The translations under genes and the position numbers were made by a program. Below, piece by piece: positions 38,380 to 51,670 of a DNA stretch of 64,000 nucleotides; positions within the stretch are counted from its first letter, which is position 1, and every line of letters begins with the position of its first letter. Source of the stretch: Planctomycetota bacterium (GTDB lineage Bacteria; Planctomycetota; B15-G4; JADJEK01); the NCBI GenBank assembly GCA_044225365.1, contig JBGAIQ010000001.1, forward strand, positions 192,001-256,000. The letters are read 5' to 3'. A model generated the notes under the pieces. That model worked only from the letters and a program-made list of their open reading frames with translations, searched no databases and was not told where the DNA came from.

Positions 38380-39282
38380 TCACGCGCGCGGGTGGAACTC
38401 CCGATGCGCCTCGAGCAAGCGTTGCTTGTCGACGAGCGTGTAGCGCTCCGTCGTGGCGATGCTCGCGTGGCCGAGCAACTCCTGCACGACTCGCAGGTCG
38501 GCGCCGTTCTCGAGGAGATGGATCGCGAACGAATGGCGGAGCACGTGCGGCGAGATGCCGCGCGTCGGTAGTCCCGCGCGGGTGGCGGCGGATTTCACGA
38601 TCGCCCAGATGCGGACGCGATCGAGCGGTTGTCCGGACCGCGTGAGGAAGAGAGCGGCGGTGGGATGCTCCGGTGTGGAGAGCGTGGGTCGGCCTGCCTT
38701 CAGGTAGGTGGCGACGGCATCGCACGCGCGTTCCCCGAGCGGAACGAGACGTTCTTTGTTTCCCTTGCCGAGACAGCGCACGTAGTTCTCGTCGAGGTTT
38801 ACGCGCTCGAGCGTCAGGGAGCAGAGCTCCGAGACGCGGCAACCCGTCGCATAGAGCAGCTCGAGGATCGCGCGGTCGCGATGGCCGAGGGCGTCCTGCG
38901 CCGGCGGCACGTCGAGCAGCGCCGTGATCGCGGAGGGATTGAGGCTCTTCGGCAGGCGCGCCCAGAGCTTGGGTCCGACGGCGGATGGTCGGACATCGCG
39001 CGTGATCCTCCGCGTCTCGAGGAGGTAGCGATAGAACACTCGAACGGCCGCAAGTCGACGTGCGAGCGTTGCTTCGCTCGCCCCTGACGAGAGCTCGCTG
39101 GAAAGGAACTCGAGGAGGGTCGAGGCGTCGTCGACCTCCTCGAAGCGCTGCCCGCGTTCGGCGAGATAAGATCCAAGTCGTTCTAGGTCACGGCGATACG
39201 CCGTTACCGTGGCGCTCGAGAGCCCAGCTTCGGCCGCGAGGTAGAGGCAGAACGCGCGTACGGGATCGGTACGGGGCGACAT
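38380..39282 (-). CDS. xerD: Tyrosine recombinase, XerD-like
   Basis: LELLYATGCRVSEL, GKGNKER, PHVLRHSFA, LGHASIATTERY, HPRA end. Confidence 0.88.
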   Translation of the reverse strand: MSPRTDPVRAFCLYLAAEAGLSSATVTAYRRDLERLGSYLAERGQRFEEVDDASTLLEFLSSELSSGASEATLARRLAAVRVFYRYLLETRRITRDVRPSAVGPKLWARLPKSLNPSAITALLDVPPAQDALGHRDRAILELLYATGCRVSELCSLTLERVNLDENYVRCLGKGNKERLVPLGERACDAVATYLKAGRPTLSTPEHPTAALFLTRSGQPLDRVRIWAIVKSAATRAGLPTRGISPHVLRHSFAIHLLENGADLRVVQELLGHASIATTERYTLVDKQRLLEAHREFHPRA

Positions 39283-39299
39283 TCGTTTCGGGGTCCTTC

Positions 39300-39327
39300 T
39301 TGAACTCGACCTTCCGCAATATATAGT
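39300..39327 (+). promoter_or_regulatory. Sigma-70-like promoter upstream of dksA-like gene
   Basis: TTGAAC-N16-TATAGT. Confidence 0.5.
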
Positions 39328-39457
39328 TCGCCGCGTCGCAGGACCGACATTGGCCTCCGAGCCGTTCGAATCCGACGGGTAGCGGACGAGTCCGTGACAC
39401 CGTGCTTCGAGTGAGCCCGGACGGAGGTGGGTTCGAGTCAGAGCAGGAAGTCCGATC

Positions 39458-40402
39458 ATGCGGAAGACGAAGGCTCGGCGGACAACTTCGACCGGTAAGG
39501 CAAGCGCCGGCGGCAAGCCCGCGCGCAAGGTTAGCGCACCGAAGCCCAAATCGGCCTCGGCGTCGCGCACGAAACCTCCGGCGAAGGTCGTCCCCCCGAA
39601 ATCCGCCAAGAAGACCACTCCTCCGCCGCGCGCCGCCCACGAATCGAAATCCCCGCCGAAGCCAAAGGTGGAAGCTCCCATCGCGAAGGCAAAATCCCCG
39701 AAGGACCTACGCGTACCGGGAAAAGCTGAGTCGAAGGGCGGAAACCTTCCGGGCGTTCGTGCGGGTCGCGGCGGCAAGGGCGTGACGAATCCGATCGGAC
39801 CGCCGCCCGGTAAACCGATCGTCGCGCAGCCGAAGGACGGAAAACCCGTTCGGCGAGTCCTGATCCAGACCGGCAAGCCGATTGCGGGTCATCCGTCGAT
39901 CGCGATGAATCGTGATCCGAAACGGAACGCGCTCGCCGCTCGACTCCCGTCTCCGCTCCTCCCGCGTCGCGAAGTTCCGCCCTCGCTGAAAATTGCTCCG
40001 AAGGCGCCCGAACCGAAAAGCAATCAGGTCATGAGTCGCAAGACCAGTTTCAAGAAGGCGGATCTCCAACGCTACCAGCAGTTGCTCCTCGACAAGCGCG
40101 AGTCGCTGGTGGGGGACGTGAGAAGCATGGAGTCTCAGGCGTTTCGCCAGAGCGGGACGGAGTCGAGTCCGAATCACATGGCCGACTACGGCTCGGACAC
40201 GTTCGAACAGGACTTCACTCTCGGACTCATCGAATCCGACGAGAAGGTGATCAACGAGATCAACAAGGCGCTCGAGCGCATCACGAATCAGACCTATGGA
40301 GTCTGCGAGACCTGCGCGATCGACATCCCGGTCGCGCGCCTCGACGTGCTCCCGTGGGCTGCGCTCTGCGTGAAGTGTCAGGCGCAGGCCGAGCGCTTCT
40401 GA
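39458..40402 (+). CDS. TraR/DksA C4 zinc-finger protein with long Lys/Pro-rich N-terminal extension
   Basis: Coiled coil with NHMADYGSD tip, YGVCETC...CVKC; alternative start 40031. Confidence 0.85.
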   Translation: MRKTKARRTTSTGKASAGGKPARKVSAPKPKSASASRTKPPAKVVPPKSAKKTTPPPRAAHESKSPPKPKVEAPIAKAKSPKDLRVPGKAESKGGNLPGVRAGRGGKGVTNPIGPPPGKPIVAQPKDGKPVRRVLIQTGKPIAGHPSIAMNRDPKRNALAARLPSPLLPRREVPPSLKIAPKAPEPKSNQVMSRKTSFKKADLQRYQQLLLDKRESLVGDVRSMESQAFRQSGTESSPNHMADYGSDTFEQDFTLGLIESDEKVINEINKALERITNQTYGVCETCAIDIPVARLDVLPWAALCVKCQAQAERF

Positions 40403-40419
40403 ACGGGCGACGCGAACGG

Positions 40420-40938
40420 ATGTCGCTCGTACCGAAGCTGAAGTACTTCCTGCCGCTCGCCCTCGCGATCTTCGTCCTCGACCAATGGACGAAGGGTTGG
40501 ATCGAATCGTTCATCGCGTATCGATCCGCGCCACATCCCGTGTGGGGCACCGTCTTCCAACTCGCGAACGAGCGGAATCCCGGCGGGATGTGGAGCATCG
40601 GCACGCAGTGGCCGCATTGGATCCTGCTCACGGTGCGGATCGGAGCGGTCTTCGTCATCGCGTATCTGCTGGCGCAGACGCCGAATCGCGATCGGCTCAC
40701 GTTGATCGCCCTCGGACTCGTGATGGGCGGCGCCGCGGGGAACATCACGGACTCGATCCGCTTCGAATACGTGCGCGACTTCCTGCGCTTCGATTTCGGC
40801 ATTCCGGTCTTCCATCCGTTTCCGACCTTCAACGTCGCCGATAGTGCGATCTGCATCGGTGTCGGGTTGCTCGCGATCCAGATGTTGCGAGCGCCCCCCG
40901 AGGACGAGACCGGTGCGGTGACGGCGGGCGGCGACTGA
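40420..40938 (+). CDS. lspA: Lipoprotein signal peptidase II
   Basis: LDQWTK, NPGG, GAAGNITD, VRDF, FNVADSAI. Confidence 0.92.
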   Translation: MSLVPKLKYFLPLALAIFVLDQWTKGWIESFIAYRSAPHPVWGTVFQLANERNPGGMWSIGTQWPHWILLTVRIGAVFVIAYLLAQTPNRDRLTLIALGLVMGGAAGNITDSIRFEYVRDFLRFDFGIPVFHPFPTFNVADSAICIGVGLLAIQMLRAPPEDETGAVTAGGD

Positions 40939-41076
40939 TCGCGATCGAAGTGAATCGCGGACAGAAAACGGCGGCAAGTCGGGTTGCTCTCGGACCTCGC
41001 GAGCGACCGACGATAATCAAGGGCTGGAGGATTCTCGTTCGGCAAGGCGCATTCCGCCCTGCTCGAACGGCACCGC

Positions 41077-41931
41077 ATGCGCCTCGAACGCATCACCGTT
41101 GGATCGCTGCGCCGCGCCCTCGAGCTCTACTTCGCGGAGAGCTATCGCGGGCAGGAGAAGCCGATTCCACAATTCGAGGGCGAGTCGGACACTCCGCTGT
41201 CCCACGTCCTCGAACGCTTCGTCGACGAGTCGGCGAAGAACGGCTGCGGCGCGCGCTGCTATTCGCTCCGCCTCGGCAACAGCCGCTACCCGTTCATGAA
41301 GCTGAAGCTGATCGAGTACCTCTATCGCGACGAGTTCTTCTTCATCGTCGACACGCACGATCAGATGTTCGCGGACCAGAACGATCCCGAACTGGCGCGG
41401 CTCAAGGCCTTCAACCGTGAACTGAAGAACAAGATCGAGGCCGCTTGGGAAGGCGCGGGGATCCCGACGACGGTGAACTGCAAAGGGATCTCCGAGTGCA
41501 CTCCGGTGCCTCAGGAGCCGAAGAAGGGGATACGGATCCTGGTGGCCGACGACGATCCTGCGATCCTCGACACGATCGCGTCGATGCTCCGAACGAAGGG
41601 CTACGACGTCGACATCGCGAACGATGGAGAAGAAGCGCTCGCGATGTTCGATCCGATGCGTCATTCTCTCGTACTGACCGACGTCGAAATGCCGCGGATG
41701 ACGGGAATCGAACTTCGCGATGCGCTCGCGAACGATCCCACGAGCGCCAAGATCCCCGTGTTGCTCGCGACGGCCGGCGCGGTTCCGCTCGCTGAGAAGG
41801 CCGCACCCGGCGGCTTCTTGGTGAAGCCGTTCCACGCGGATTCCCTCTTTCGCTTCCTCGAGAACCTACTCCGACCGACCTGTGCGACCGGTTCCAGCGC
41901 GAGTAGCGCGCCGCTCGGTGACCCGAGCTGA
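41077..41931 (+). CDS. Response regulator: unrecognised N-terminal domain fused to C-terminal REC
   Basis: REC with ADDD, LTDVEMP, T and KP from about residue 153. Confidence 0.85.
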   Translation: MRLERITVGSLRRALELYFAESYRGQEKPIPQFEGESDTPLSHVLERFVDESAKNGCGARCYSLRLGNSRYPFMKLKLIEYLYRDEFFFIVDTHDQMFADQNDPELARLKAFNRELKNKIEAAWEGAGIPTTVNCKGISECTPVPQEPKKGIRILVADDDPAILDTIASMLRTKGYDVDIANDGEEALAMFDPMRHSLVLTDVEMPRMTGIELRDALANDPTSAKIPVLLATAGAVPLAEKAAPGGFLVKPFHADSLFRFLENLLRPTCATGSSASSAPLGDPS

Positions 41932-41932
41932 A

Positions 41933-41961
41933 TTGACAGTCACCGCGCCCGCCCTTAGTCT
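41933..41961 (+). promoter_or_regulatory. Sigma-70 promoter for secA
   Basis: TTGACA-N17-TAGTCT. Confidence 0.65.
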
Positions 41962-42066
41962 CGCACGATTGCGAGCTTCACGAAGACTCGGGTCCCAGTG
42001 TCGCCCCCAGCTGACGGGGGGATGACTCCGCAAGCGGCATCGGATTCGCAACGCCGCGGTGCTTCC

Positions 42067-45210
<3,144 letters not shown>

Positions 45211-45280
45211 TCCGGCGCCGCGAACGGCGCCGGCCCGCGTTCATCGCGCGGGTCGTGCCGCGGGGAACGGATGGCCCGGA

Positions 45281-46666
45281 ATGAGCGAAGAAGACGAGAC
45301 TGCGCTGGAAAATGCCCGGCCGCCGTCCCGGCTCGCTTTCCTGTTGTATGATCTCACGCTTTGCATCGCGGGTCTGATCGCTGCGCCGTGGCTCCTCCTT
45401 CGGCTCGCGACCCGGGCACGCTATCGCGAAGGACTCGCCGAGCGACTCGGCCTGCGTTTGCCGCCTCACCGCGGTGAGCGGCAGCGAGTGTGGATCCACG
45501 CGGCGTCGGCCGGAGAGATGGTGGCAGCGCTTGCGCTGCTGGAACGCCTCGCTGCGAAGCATCCGGAGTACGGATTCGTGCTGTCGAGCACGACGACGTC
45601 GGGCCTGCAGGTCGCGAATCGGCACGGCGGACTCGCGTCGGAGTGCTCGCGGTTCCTGCTTCCGCTCGACCTCGGGATCTGTGTTCGACGAGTCCTCGAT
45701 CGCGTGGACCCGCGGATGATCGTGCTGGTGGAGTTGGAGTTGTGGCCCAACCTCGTCGCGGAGGCGGGGCGGCGCTCCATTCCGCTCGTCGTCGCCAACG
45801 GACGGGTCTCGGAGCGTTCGGCACGCCGCTATCGCTGGCCGATCGTCTCCTCGCTCGTCGGTTTCCGGCGGGTTGCCGGATTCGCGGTGCAGAACGAAGA
45901 GATTGCGGCGCATGTGCGTGCGCTGGGTGTGCCTGAGGACCGAATCGCCGTGACCGGAAACATGAAGATCGACCGACCGACGCCGGGAGCCGCCGACCGC
46001 GAACGAATTCGCGCGTCGCTCGGCGTCGCATCGCAGGCGAGCGGTCGAAGAGTGGGGCTGGTCGTCGCCGGCAGCACGCATCGCGGAGAGGAGGCGGCGC
46101 TCGCCCGTGCTTCGAAACGACTTGAGGCGGAAGGGCTTTTGGTCCGATGGATGATCGCTCCGCGCCATCGTGAGCGCCTCGCGGAAGCCGAACGGGATCT
46201 GGTCGAGAATGGGCTCGATCCGGTACGGCTCTCCGCGCTTCGCGGTGGGAACGGGGTGTTCGGAGTGGGCACCGCGCTGGTCGTCGATACGATGGGGGAG
46301 CTGGCGAGTCTCTACGCCGCGGCGGACGTCGCGTACGTGGGAGGGTCGCTCTTCCCCGGGGTCGGCGGTCACAACGTGTTCGAGCCCGTGATGGCGGGGG
46401 CGCCTGCGATCGTCGGTCCGTATCTGAAGAACGTGCGTGCAGACGCGCAGTACCTCGAAGGGTGCGGCGCGCTCCGCGTGGCGGCAGACGAGAACGAACT
46501 CGTCGTCGCCTTGAAAGACATGCTTCGCGACGACGCGAGTCGGTATCGCGAAGCGACCCATGCGGCGGTGGCGCGCGCTCGCGGCGCTGCCGATCGCACG
46601 GTCGAATTCATCGAGAGTCGCCTGCTTCGCAGTCCCGCGGTGAAGGCGCGTGTTTTGAAAGGATAG
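45281..46666 (+). CDS. waaA: 3-deoxy-D-manno-octulosonate (Kdo) transferase
   Basis: [40 protein letters not shown]. Confidence 0.92.
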   Translation: MSEEDETALENARPPSRLAFLLYDLTLCIAGLIAAPWLLLRLATRARYREGLAERLGLRLPPHRGERQRVWIHAASAGEMVAALALLERLAAKHPEYGFVLSSTTTSGLQVANRHGGLASECSRFLLPLDLGICVRRVLDRVDPRMIVLVELELWPNLVAEAGRRSIPLVVANGRVSERSARRYRWPIVSSLVGFRRVAGFAVQNEEIAAHVRALGVPEDRIAVTGNMKIDRPTPGAADRERIRASLGVASQASGRRVGLVVAGSTHRGEEAALARASKRLEAEGLLVRWMIAPRHRERLAEAERDLVENGLDPVRLSALRGGNGVFGVGTALVVDTMGELASLYAAADVAYVGGSLFPGVGGHNVFEPVMAGAPAIVGPYLKNVRADAQYLEGCGALRVAADENELVVALKDMLRDDASRYREATHAAVARARGAADRTVEFIESRLLRSPAVKARVLKG

Positions 46667-46668
46667 AA

Positions 46669-47835
46669 ATGGCTGAACGGCACCTCTTCACCTCCGAATC
46701 GGTCGGCATGGGTCACCCCGACAAGCTCGCCGACCAGATCTCCGACTCGATCCTCGACGCGATCCTCGCCCAGGATCCGACGTCGCGCGTCGCGTGCGAG
46801 ACTCTCGTCACGACCGGTCTCTGCGTCGTGTCCGGCGAGATCACCACGAATGCGACGATCGACTACCAGGCGATCGCGCGCGACACGATCAACAAGATCG
46901 GCTACACGGACGACGAGTTCGGCATCTGCGGGGATACCTGCGGCGTGCTGGTCTCCGTGCACAAGCAGTCGCCCGACATCTCCCAGGGCGTTACCGAAGG
47001 TCAGGGTCTCCACAAGGAGATGGGCGCCGGCGACCAGGGCATGATGTTCGGCTACGCCTGCAACGAGACGCCCGAGCTGATGCCGATGCCGATCATGTTC
47101 GCGCATCGTCTGATGGCGCGCCTCGCGGAGGTCCGCTTCAAGAAGACATTGCCTTGGCTGCGTCCCGACGCCAAGTCGCAGGTGACGATCGAGTACATCG
47201 ACGGCAAGCCCGCGCGCGTCGACACGATCGTGATCTCAACGCAGCACGCGCCGGAGGCGAAGCACTCCGTGATCTTCAAGGCCATGGTCGACCAGGTGAT
47301 CAAGAAGGTGATCCCGGCGAAGCTCATGGACAAGAAGACCAAGATCCACATCAATCCGACCGGTCGTTTCGTCGTCGGCGGTCCGCACGGCGATACCGGC
47401 CTCACGGGCCGCAAGATCATCGTCGACACCTACGGCGGCATGGGTCGCCATGGCGGCGGCGCGTTCTCCGGCAAGGACCCGTCGAAGGTCGATCGTTCGG
47501 CGGCTTACGCCGCCCGTTGGGTCGCGAAGAACGTGGTCGCGGCCGGACTCGCCGATCGCTGCGAAGTGCAGGTCGCGTACGCGATCGGCGTCGCGCAGCC
47601 GGTCTCGATCAATTGCGACACCTTCGGCACCGGCCGCGTCGCGGACCCGATCATCCTCACTGCGATCCGCGAGCACTTCGACCTCACGCCGTACGGGATC
47701 ATCAAGTCGCTGAACCTGCGACGTCCGGTGTTCTTCGAAACCGCTCGCCACGGTCACTTCGGCCGCAGCGGCGACGGCTTCACCTGGGAACAGACGACGA
47801 AGGCCGCAGCGTTGAAGCGTTCCTGCGGCATGTGA
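46669..47835 (+). CDS. metK: S-adenosylmethionine synthase
   Basis: [26 protein letters not shown]. Confidence 0.97.
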   Translation: MAERHLFTSESVGMGHPDKLADQISDSILDAILAQDPTSRVACETLVTTGLCVVSGEITTNATIDYQAIARDTINKIGYTDDEFGICGDTCGVLVSVHKQSPDISQGVTEGQGLHKEMGAGDQGMMFGYACNETPELMPMPIMFAHRLMARLAEVRFKKTLPWLRPDAKSQVTIEYIDGKPARVDTIVISTQHAPEAKHSVIFKAMVDQVIKKVIPAKLMDKKTKIHINPTGRFVVGGPHGDTGLTGRKIIVDTYGGMGRHGGGAFSGKDPSKVDRSAAYAARWVAKNVVAAGLADRCEVQVAYAIGVAQPVSINCDTFGTGRVADPIILTAIREHFDLTPYGIIKSLNLRRPVFFETARHGHFGRSGDGFTWEQTTKAAALKRSCGM

Positions 47836-47869
47836 AACCGGCGCATTCGCCGACGTAGACGTATCGACA

Positions 47870-47912
47870 GGGCGATGGGCGACTGGGACCACGGTCTCGT
47901 CGCCCATCGCCC
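47870..47912 (+). terminator. Stem-loop after metK
   Basis: GGGCGATGGGCGAC...GTCGCCCATCGCCC, 14-bp perfect arms. Confidence 0.6.
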
Positions 47913-48033
47913 TTCGCATTTGGGGCTGCTCTGGCTTCGCGTGCGGCGAGCCGTTACCATTCGCCGGACCGAGCGTATTCGCTCGAGGTCCAGTGTCCAA
48001 TGCGCGCCCTCACCGCGCGCGGGAGCGTGCCCC

Positions 48034-48663
48034 ATGACTTCGCCAGGCTTCAGAACGCGAGTGCGAGGTTTCTCGCTGATCGAGATCCTCATCGTCATCA
48101 CGATCATCGGACTGCTCGTGGGGCTCGCGGTGCCGGCGATGCAGGGTGTTCAGGAACGCGGGCGAGTCACTGCCTGCATGAGCAACCTGAAGAACCTCGC
48201 CGAGTCGCTGATCGTGTTCAAGGGCCGCAACAACAGCAACTGGCCGAAGGAATCCGGGATCCGCTTCCTGCTCGCCCTGGTCCGGGCCGATGCGATCGGC
48301 AAGAAGGACATGGGCGTCTTCATCTGCCCCGGTACGGGTGACGACAACAACGACGGCGAGGCCTACAAGGACTGGGACGGTCTCGATTCCCGCACGATCT
48401 CGTACGCCGGTCGCGACACCAAGAATTTCCCGATCAACAAGAGTCGCGAGGACGAGGAAGTGATCGCCTCCGACGACAACGAGGGGCGCGACAATCACCG
48501 TACGCAGACTTGCTACGTCTACGCCGACGGAGTGCCCAAGGCGTTCGACCGCAAGATCGACAAGCGCGTCATCGATGGAACGATCACCTTCGACGAAGGC
48601 GAGTTCGTCACGGTCGGTCCGACCTCCAAGGTCGAGGAACTGAAGAAACTCCAGATCGACTGA
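48034..48663 (+). CDS. Prepilin-type N-methylation protein with H-X9-DG motif
   Basis: RG-FSLIEILIVITII leader, CMSNLKNL, FICP, HRTQTCYVYADG. Confidence 0.88.
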   Translation: MTSPGFRTRVRGFSLIEILIVITIIGLLVGLAVPAMQGVQERGRVTACMSNLKNLAESLIVFKGRNNSNWPKESGIRFLLALVRADAIGKKDMGVFICPGTGDDNNDGEAYKDWDGLDSRTISYAGRDTKNFPINKSREDEEVIASDDNEGRDNHRTQTCYVYADGVPKAFDRKIDKRVIDGTITFDEGEFVTVGPTSKVEELKKLQID

Positions 48664-48734
48664 GGCGTTAACGACTGGAACTCGCGGGACGGGCCGGTAT
48701 CCTGTCCCGCTTCTGTGACCCCCTTTCAAGAGTC

Positions 48735-49373
48735 ATGAGAATGCGGATCAACGTCCTGGCTCGGATCGTGGTTGCGGCCGCGGTCGCAATCGGTGTGGCG
48801 AACGTCGGCCTCGGCTCCAGCGCGCTGCGTTGGAAGTTGAACATCCACCCCGACGACACGACGCAGCGCAATCCCGCCGGTCGCATCGCCGTGAAGCCCG
48901 CGAAGGGTCGCGAGCAGGTGTACTGGTATTGCGTGTACACGATCAAGAACACGCACGACGAAGCGATCCCGCTGTCCGTCAACGTGACGGCCGAGACCGA
49001 CGCCTCCGATGCGAAGTTCAACGAGGGCTACTATCCGCGCGCCGTCGCTCAGCTGAAGAAGAAGTTCGGCGATGACCTGATGGACAACCTCAGCCTCAAC
49101 GGCTTCTCGCTCGAGCCCGGCAAGACGGTGCGCGCCGTTGCCGTGTTCCAGTTCTACGAGCCGGGGCCGGGGATGCGCTTCGAAGAGCGCGTGAACCACA
49201 TCACGATGAAGTTCGGCGGTTACTGCGATCCGGTCAAGCGCGCGGGTCTCCAGTACACGCTCGAGAACATCCAGCTCTGGATGGAGTTCTCGAAGAAGGG
49301 TGATCAATTCGATCCCGGTCACGAACCCGTGAACTTCCTGCGCCAGGAAGAACACGTCATCGCGGGCGGCTGA
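48735..49373 (+). CDS. Hypothetical exported protein
   Basis: Signal peptide, beta-rich domain with YWYCVYTIKN; strong host codon bias. Confidence 0.75.
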   Translation: MRMRINVLARIVVAAAVAIGVANVGLGSSALRWKLNIHPDDTTQRNPAGRIAVKPAKGREQVYWYCVYTIKNTHDEAIPLSVNVTAETDASDAKFNEGYYPRAVAQLKKKFGDDLMDNLSLNGFSLEPGKTVRAVAVFQFYEPGPGMRFEERVNHITMKFGGYCDPVKRAGLQYTLENIQLWMEFSKKGDQFDPGHEPVNFLRQEEHVIAGG

Positions 49374-49440
49374 TCGCCACTCCATTCCATCGGCGGGTCG
49401 TCGGGCGAATCGCGAGAGCGAGCCCCGATCCGTCCTCGCG

Positions 49441-49460
49441 AGGGCCCCGATCGGGGCCCT
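49441..49460 (+). terminator. Perfect 20-bp palindrome, likely terminator
   Basis: AGGGCCCCGATCGGGGCCCT followed by TT. Confidence 0.5.
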
Positions 49461-49560
49461 TTGCGTTGCATCGCGGGCGTGTCCGCGATTCGAACGCAAT
49501 CCAGTCGTCCCCTTCACGCACAGGGAAACGGATCGTCGGCCACGGCGATCCCGCACATCG

Positions 49561-51006
49561 ATGAGACTGACCAAGATCTGTGCCACGCTCGGACCCGCGA
49601 CTCGGGACCGCGCCAAGATCGAACAGCTGCTCGCCGCCGGAATGGACCTGGTGCGGCTGAACTTCTCGCACGGTGATCTCGCCGATCACGCGAAGACCGT
49701 GCGCAACGTTCGGAAGGCGGCGCTCGGCGTCGATCGTCCGATCGGGATCATGCAGGACCTGCAAGGTCCGCGCATCCGCATCGAGAAGATCGAAGGCAAG
49801 GTGGATCTCGTGCCGGGGCGGCGAGTCGCACTCCTCCCGCGTGGCGCGAAGTCGCCCTCGGCGCGCGATCTCACGCCGTTGCCATTCACGTTCGGATCGC
49901 TGCACCGTGACGTGGCCGTCGGCGCGCGAATCCTCTTGAAGGACGGAACGATCGAACTACGCGTCGTCGAATCGACGGCGAAGTCGCTCGTCTGTGAAGT
50001 CGTTCGTGGCGGTGCGATCGGCAGTGGCGCGGGGATGAACTTCCCGGATTCGACTCTCAGCGTTCCTGCGCTCACGGCGCGCGATCGCGAGCACATCGCC
50101 GCCGGCGTGAAGATGGGAGTCGACGCGATCGCACTCTCGTTCGTGCGCGACGCCGACGACATCCACCGCGCGCGAGAGATCCTGCGCAACGCCCGCAGCG
50201 AAGCGCTGATCATCGCCAAGATCGAGCGCTCCGCGGCGCTCGAGAACCTCGATGGGATTCTCGAGGCGACGGACGGCGTGATCGTCGCGCGCGGTGATCT
50301 TGGAGTGGAATGCTCGATGGAAGCCGTGCCCCTCCTGCAGAAGGAGATCATCCGGCGCTCGATCCGCAGCAACTGCTTCGTGATCACCGCGACGCAGATG
50401 CTCGAGTCGATGATCGAATCCTCGACGCCCACGCGCGCCGAGGTGAGCGACGTCGCGAACGCGGTTCTCGACGGTTCCGACGCCGTGATGCTCTCTGCCG
50501 AGACCGCGATCGGCAAGCATCCCGCCGAAGCGGTGGGCTGGATGGACCGGATCGCGCAGGCCGTCGAAGCCGAGTCGCGGATCCCCGTCGAACCCGCGAT
50601 CCCGCCGGATACTCCGCCCGACGACTTCATCCCGGCCGTCGCGCAATCCGCCGTCGCTCTCGCCGAGCAGGCTTCGGCCGCCGCGATCATGCCGTTCACG
50701 TTCTCTGGGCGCGCGGCGACGACGATCTCGATGCGCCGGCCCGCGGTACCGATCTACGCCTTCACGCCGAGCGATCGGATCGATCGGCGGCTCGCGTTCT
50801 ATCGCGGCGTCTATGCACGCACATTGAAGAAGCGCAGCGCTCGCGACGAGATGTTCCAGCGCGGGCTCGACGTACTGCGGGCCGACGAGATCCTGTTTCC
50901 CGATCAGGTCGTCGTGTTCGTCGGCGGTTACGCCATGGCGCACGGCGCAGCGAATACCGTGAAGGTGCATCGCATCGGCGCTCGCCAGGTCGGCCGACCA
51001 CGCTGA
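49561..51006 (+). CDS. pyk: Pyruvate kinase
   Basis: TKICATLGP, RLNFSHG, DLQGP, AKIE, ARGDLG, ATQMLESM, MLSAETA. Confidence 0.95.
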   Translation: MRLTKICATLGPATRDRAKIEQLLAAGMDLVRLNFSHGDLADHAKTVRNVRKAALGVDRPIGIMQDLQGPRIRIEKIEGKVDLVPGRRVALLPRGAKSPSARDLTPLPFTFGSLHRDVAVGARILLKDGTIELRVVESTAKSLVCEVVRGGAIGSGAGMNFPDSTLSVPALTARDREHIAAGVKMGVDAIALSFVRDADDIHRAREILRNARSEALIIAKIERSAALENLDGILEATDGVIVARGDLGVECSMEAVPLLQKEIIRRSIRSNCFVITATQMLESMIESSTPTRAEVSDVANAVLDGSDAVMLSAETAIGKHPAEAVGWMDRIAQAVEAESRIPVEPAIPPDTPPDDFIPAVAQSAVALAEQASAAAIMPFTFSGRAATTISMRRPAVPIYAFTPSDRIDRRLAFYRGVYARTLKKRSARDEMFQRGLDVLRADEILFPDQVVVFVGGYAMAHGAANTVKVHRIGARQVGRPR

Positions 51007-51007
51007 G

Positions 51008-51670
51008 TCACTGCGCGAACTTCTCGAGCTCCGCGAGGCGCCGCGCCGCCGTCCGCAACGAATGTCCGGAGACGGCGTCGACGATCCGTTTCGACCATGG
51101 ACCGAGGTCGGCGCGCTCGACGTACTTCTTCGAGAGGTAGTGACCCACGAAAAGGATCACGATCCCGAAGATCAGGTTCGCAACGAGCCACGAGAGGTCG
51201 ACGCGAGCGAGCGCGGGGACACCGGTGACGGCTTCGAACAGGACGAGCGCGGCGGGGAGCCAAAGGACCACGCCGAGCAGCACCGCCCACTTGATCGCAC
51301 CGTACTCAGCGAGCTGCAGGCGTTCGACCTCGCTCTGGAGCGACAGGACCGATCCGCCGTAGTCGAGCCGGGAACCGTTCACGAGCAGGTAGAGCGAGTA
51401 CGCCGACAACACGACCCAGGAAGCCGCGAGCGCTCCGCCCAGGGCGACGTAGCGCGCCTCGTGTTCGTGACGTGCGACGAGCGGGATCGTGACGAGCAGC
51501 AAGGCGATCCCGAGCGCGGCTTCCAATGCGCGCCACGCGACGTAGGGAACGAACGCGCGGCGGACCTTCGTGAGCAGGACTTCACGGATCAAGCGCTCGT
51601 CGATCGCGAGATTCCGCTCGAGGATCGTGCCGAATTCGGCCCACGGGTTCTTCAGGTCGTCGAGTTGCAT
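51008..51670 (-). CDS. Four-TM membrane protein, candidate anti-sigma factor
   Basis: MQLDDLKNPW start, four hydrophobic helices, overlaps 3-prime end of ECF gene. Confidence 0.7.
   Translation of the reverse strand: MQLDDLKNPWAEFGTILERNLAIDERLIREVLLTKVRRAFVPYVAWRALEAALGIALLLVTIPLVARHEHEARYVALGGALAASWVVLSAYSLYLLVNGSRLDYGGSVLSLQSEVERLQLAEYGAIKWAVLLGVVLWLPAALVLFEAVTGVPALARVDLSWLVANLIFGIVILFVGHYLSKKYVERADLGPWSKRIVDAVSGHSLRTAARRLAELEKFAQ

Noticed and set aside
38380-39282. Tyrosine recombinase as prophage or island integrase
   Set aside because: Sequence fits housekeeping XerD; no tRNA, att repeats, phage genes or evident compositional shift nearby
39425-39445. GGTTCGAGTC resembling a tRNA T-loop
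   Set aside because: No T-stem pairing, cloverleaf or acceptor stem
46600-46668. SAM riboswitch before metK
   Set aside because: Only 2 bp separate waaA and metK, leaving no room for a leader
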